The position numbers and the translations under genes are program-made. This document shows, piece after piece, positions 61,201 through 64,000 of a stretch of 64,000 nucleotides of DNA. This stretch comes from Orbicella franksi. Lineage: Eukaryota. Location of the stretch: NCBI GenBank assembly GCA_964199315.1, contig OZ116700.1:15996001-16060000 (forward strand), read 5' to 3'. The notes below the pieces were generated by a model that saw nothing but the letters and a program-made list of their open reading frames with translations, was not told the origin of the DNA and searched no databases. Position 1 is the first letter of the stretch, and each line of letters starts with the position of its first letter.

Positions 61201-62478
61201 TTATAGATACAAGCAAGCAACAATTTCTTGAAATATGCTATTTCTACGTCACTGGAGCAATTTTCGAAATATTCAAATTCCTACTGCAATATGAGTTCTA
61301 AACTAATTCACAGAATCGTACTAACTAGGAAAGAACTATTCATATTCGGCATCAAAACTGACGACGAATACTTGTATTGTGGAGATAAGGACTCTATTGA
61401 AATCACGTTCATTGAATGCCCGTTTACGAGGTCCTTTGCAAAAAATGTTATACAATGGCTTAATGAAGCGAACTGTTGTCAGTTCTTCTCTACCACTAAG
61501 GAACTCTTGTTCGGTATTATTCCTAGCTCCAAAGAAACAAAACCAGTCAATAAATAGAGGATATTACACGGTGGCGAGAAGATATGAATTTTATGTTCGA
61601 GTGGCAAGAACATAAAATTCATATCTTCGAGCCAACGTGTAATGTTCTTTTTATTATATGGAGAAACCAATTCAACAAAAGCAAAAGGCGGGAATCGTGA
61701 CTTCATTGAACGATACGACACTCACAAAGGTGACATACGGAAAATACGCCATTCGGGTCCCGGATGAAGTGGCGTATGGAACCTACGAGTGGTTTAGTTC
61801 CCAGTAAAACACTCTTCTCCATAGAATAAATTTAACTACACTACCCTATGATGTATCTCTGCGCCATTACATATATTCAAACAAAATCAATAGTAAGGGC
61901 ATTTACATGCGCGAATTCATTAATAAATTATCTCTTAAGTACAATCTGAAAATATCCATTAATTGAAGCAAATATTTAAAATAAATATTAAGTGACGAAA
62001 AGACTCCTCTGATATAGGGATAGTAACAACCTTTCGAATTCCCCTGCATCCTGACCATCTCTGTACTATTTAGATGTTAAGGTATCGTAAGTAATGCACA
62101 GTGTAGAGTGACAGTAAACGGGTAATGTTGTAAGTAATGTTAGTACAGTAAGTTGCATTAGTATTGTAAGAATTGTAGCTGTTGCATGACGATCAAAAAG
62201 AACGAAATAAGTTCTAGAACTTCAGATACGATTTACTACGTCGTCTACTGCGATTCCACTGCCTGTGTTTGAACTAAAACAGTTTTTATTTTGTTTGCAG
62301 TTGTTACGATGTCCTGTACCCCCCTCCTCCGAGGGTTCGAGGGACATACAAGGGTTGTGAGATGACCTTGTATCTGAGGGATGATGAGTTCAATTCCCAG
62401 CTGCAGCCTCTGGCATATGCCTTTGGCAGAGGATTGAGTGATGGAGGACAGCAGCGCTATTACCTCAAGGACTCTTAG
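58237..62478 (+). CDS. Four-exon gene for a 135-aa cysteine-rich (CxxC-repeat) protein. Exons 58237-58295, 60283-60372, 61110-61190, 62301-62478
   Basis: All three introns are GT-AG with polypyrimidine acceptors and phase 2; the spliced 408 nt is stop-free: MGNYCSVCEEKVASGKYCDRCYKRKYPSCGGCGRPLQDNEERVCGYHKFPCYSQSSGQCCQCNAPIDCSLKGAYCRNCYDVLYPPPPRVRGTYKGCEMTLYLRDDEFNSQLQPLAYAFGRGLSDGGQQRYYLKDS*. Confidence 0.75.
61270..61900 (+). mobile_element. L1/Tx1-like LINE 3' remnant in intron 3, split by a hairpin element
   Basis: KLIHRIVLTRKELFIFGIKTDDEYLYCGDKDSIEITFIECP...WLN...LLFG...VNK|FNYTT (C-terminal zf-RVT-like region). Confidence 0.65.
61549..61831 (+). mobile_element. Hairpin-plus-tail element flanked by the 7-bp direct repeat AATAAAT
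   Basis: Perfect 21-bp arms GAAGATATGAATTTTATGTTC / GAACATAAAATTCATATCTTC with a 9-nt loop. AATAAAT at 61549-61555 and 61825-61831. Confidence 0.75.
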
Positions 62479-63174
62479 TTTTCATAAGCTTTGGCTCCCT
62501 GGTTAGTTAGAAACATTTAGAGTCAAACAAACCAAAATACTTTCTGTAGCACCCTAGTCATGGCATAAAAATACATGTTTTAATGGAGAGGTTTTAGTTT
62601 GGGTTTTGCATGTAATTTGCAGTTGCTTTGGTTTTGCACTATCACGGTAAGCCATTGGCTAAAGTTTTCCCGCGTTTCGCGCTGTCTACGTTTTAGTTGC
62701 TTCGAGTTTTGATTGGTTTACTCACTGCCGGGATTGTCTGTGTCCTTTGTAACTGACCAGAATCATTTCCTCGGTTTTGGTCTTTCGACACATAACACAA
62801 CAGATCATAGGATGGATTTTATGGTTGGTACATGCAGCTTATATAAGTTTTCTCTGGACTTGTTTTTCCTTATGTAAGTTATGTTAAGCTAAAGCATTGG
62901 TTGCAATACAGTAGTCTAAAATCTAGTTGTTTTAGTTTAGTATTAGACAAACAGGAAAAAGCACCCTCTGACGGAATTTAACCTGTATTATAATGTTAGT
63001 TGATACATCGTGTCTTAGATTTTTGAAGAATAGATTGAAAGGAACTGCTCATTAAATGTTTGGGAGCCAATACAAGAAAGTCTGGTTTATTACTTTTGTA
63101 AAGGAAATCTTGTCAATGTTGCGTCACTGCGGAATGAGAAACTTAACTTTTATCACCAAGTGTTAAGAAAGGCT

Positions 63175-63422
63175 AAGTCTTACTCAGGCCAGCTGATCCA
63201 GACCGTCGGTTTATCCCAGTCTCACATGAAGCGGCTTGAAGAATTTCTATTACCCCCTGGTTGGAATGCTGGTCCATTTATACACCTAGGTGAAGGGAGG
63301 CACTGTGAGAGCGAAGTGGTTTTCCAAAGAACACAACACAGCACAGTGACTTCGGTCTGGGCTCCAACCCAGACCACTCAAACCGGAGTCCTGCGCAAAA
63401 ACCATTGGGCCATGGCGTCTCC
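63175..63422 (-). mobile_element. tRNA-derived SINE, same family as 17020-17221
   Basis: CCATTTATACACCTAGGTG..GGAGGCACTGTGAGAG...AGAACACAACAC core and a tRNA-like head on the minus strand. Confidence 0.7.
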
Positions 63423-63432
63423 ATCCAAGTTT

Positions 63433-63702
63433 GAAGTAAGATATCAAACAGCAGAGACATTGTTTCATCAGGATATCCAAACACCGAGAAGAGAGTTGAA
63501 AATACGATGCGCAGCGGAATATTTTTTGACGAAATTCGAGGTGTTTGGATAGCCGATGAAACACTGTGTCGAGTGTTTGATATATCTTCTCAATCGAAAA
63601 AAAAACTGAGGAGTAAAGGGAGAGGTAAAATCGTCAAACCTTCTCCACGGTTGTGATTTTCTTTGTTTTAATTTGATGAATCATTAATGATTTGAGAAGT
63701 AA
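63433..63702 (+). mobile_element. 270-bp non-autonomous Crypton-related element flanked by the 7-bp direct repeat GAAGTAA
   Basis: Its 5' hairpin shares TTTCATCAGG..TCCAAACACCGAGAA and TTCGAGGTGTTTGGA..GATGAAA with 2025-2161. Its 3' end GATGAATCATTAATGATTTGAGAAG matches the Crypton 3' end at 3892-3916. GAAGTAA at 63433-63439 and 63696-63702. Confidence 0.8.
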
Positions 63703-64000
63703 CAAACATAAATCGATGAAAGGCCCTTCACGTCAAGCGCGCCAAAACAGAAATAAAAATCTCCCATTGTGCTTTAATCGTTAATATCTAACGAAATCAT
63801 TCTGAAGTTTATTTTGGCTTTCTTTTACCTATGAAACCCATTTTCGAACGTCCCAAGCGAAAATAAAAGATGTACGAAATGAAAGGCGCGAGCCTCGCAG
63901 AACGGCGAGTTATAATTCTACCATACCGCTTTTTCGGAGCATCATTTCCCACCCAGGGAAAACACGTTAAAAACGTTTGCCTGGGTTTTGTTTAACTGTC

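Noticed and set aside
858-63564. Most remaining 60-150-aa ORFs in the track
   Set aside because: They are antisense or out-of-frame shadows of TE genes, SINE/MITE translations, or chance ORFs in AT-rich DNA.

Overview
Eukaryotic (animal) genomic DNA: AT-rich, with GT-AG introns, SINE/LINE remnants and a very high density of DNA transposons. The repeat families resemble those I recall from anthozoan/stony-coral genomes (inference, not verified). There are no prokaryotic operons, rRNA/tRNA genes or CRISPR arrays. Main contents: (1) an apparently intact 1.9-kb Crypton-type tyrosine-recombinase (YR) element with a long terminal hairpin, nested in an ISL2EU/Harbinger element that is itself nested in a CACTA transposase; a 270-bp non-autonomous relative at 63.4-63.7 kb shares both of its ends. 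(2) A decayed five-exon YR gene of a different type (about 22.7-29.9 kb), preceded by an intronless secreted Frizzled-CRD gene, a C2H2 zinc-finger array and short iterated repeats; this is a candidate large cargo-carrying YR element or endogenous viral element. (3) Two complete 3.2-kb TTAA-flanked Kolobok-type elements, a DIRS remnant, a second ISL2EU element (YqaJ nuclease plus transposase) interrupted by a 5-bp-TSD element, a pogo-like element carrying a HIRAN-like fragment, a Merlin fragment, a 1.18-kb-unit tandem repeat and many MITEs. (4) One intact four-exon host-like gene (58237-62478) missed by the ORF track, encoding a 135-aa CxxC-repeat protein with an N-myristoylation motif. All assignments come from manual translation and motif recall; no database searches were run.
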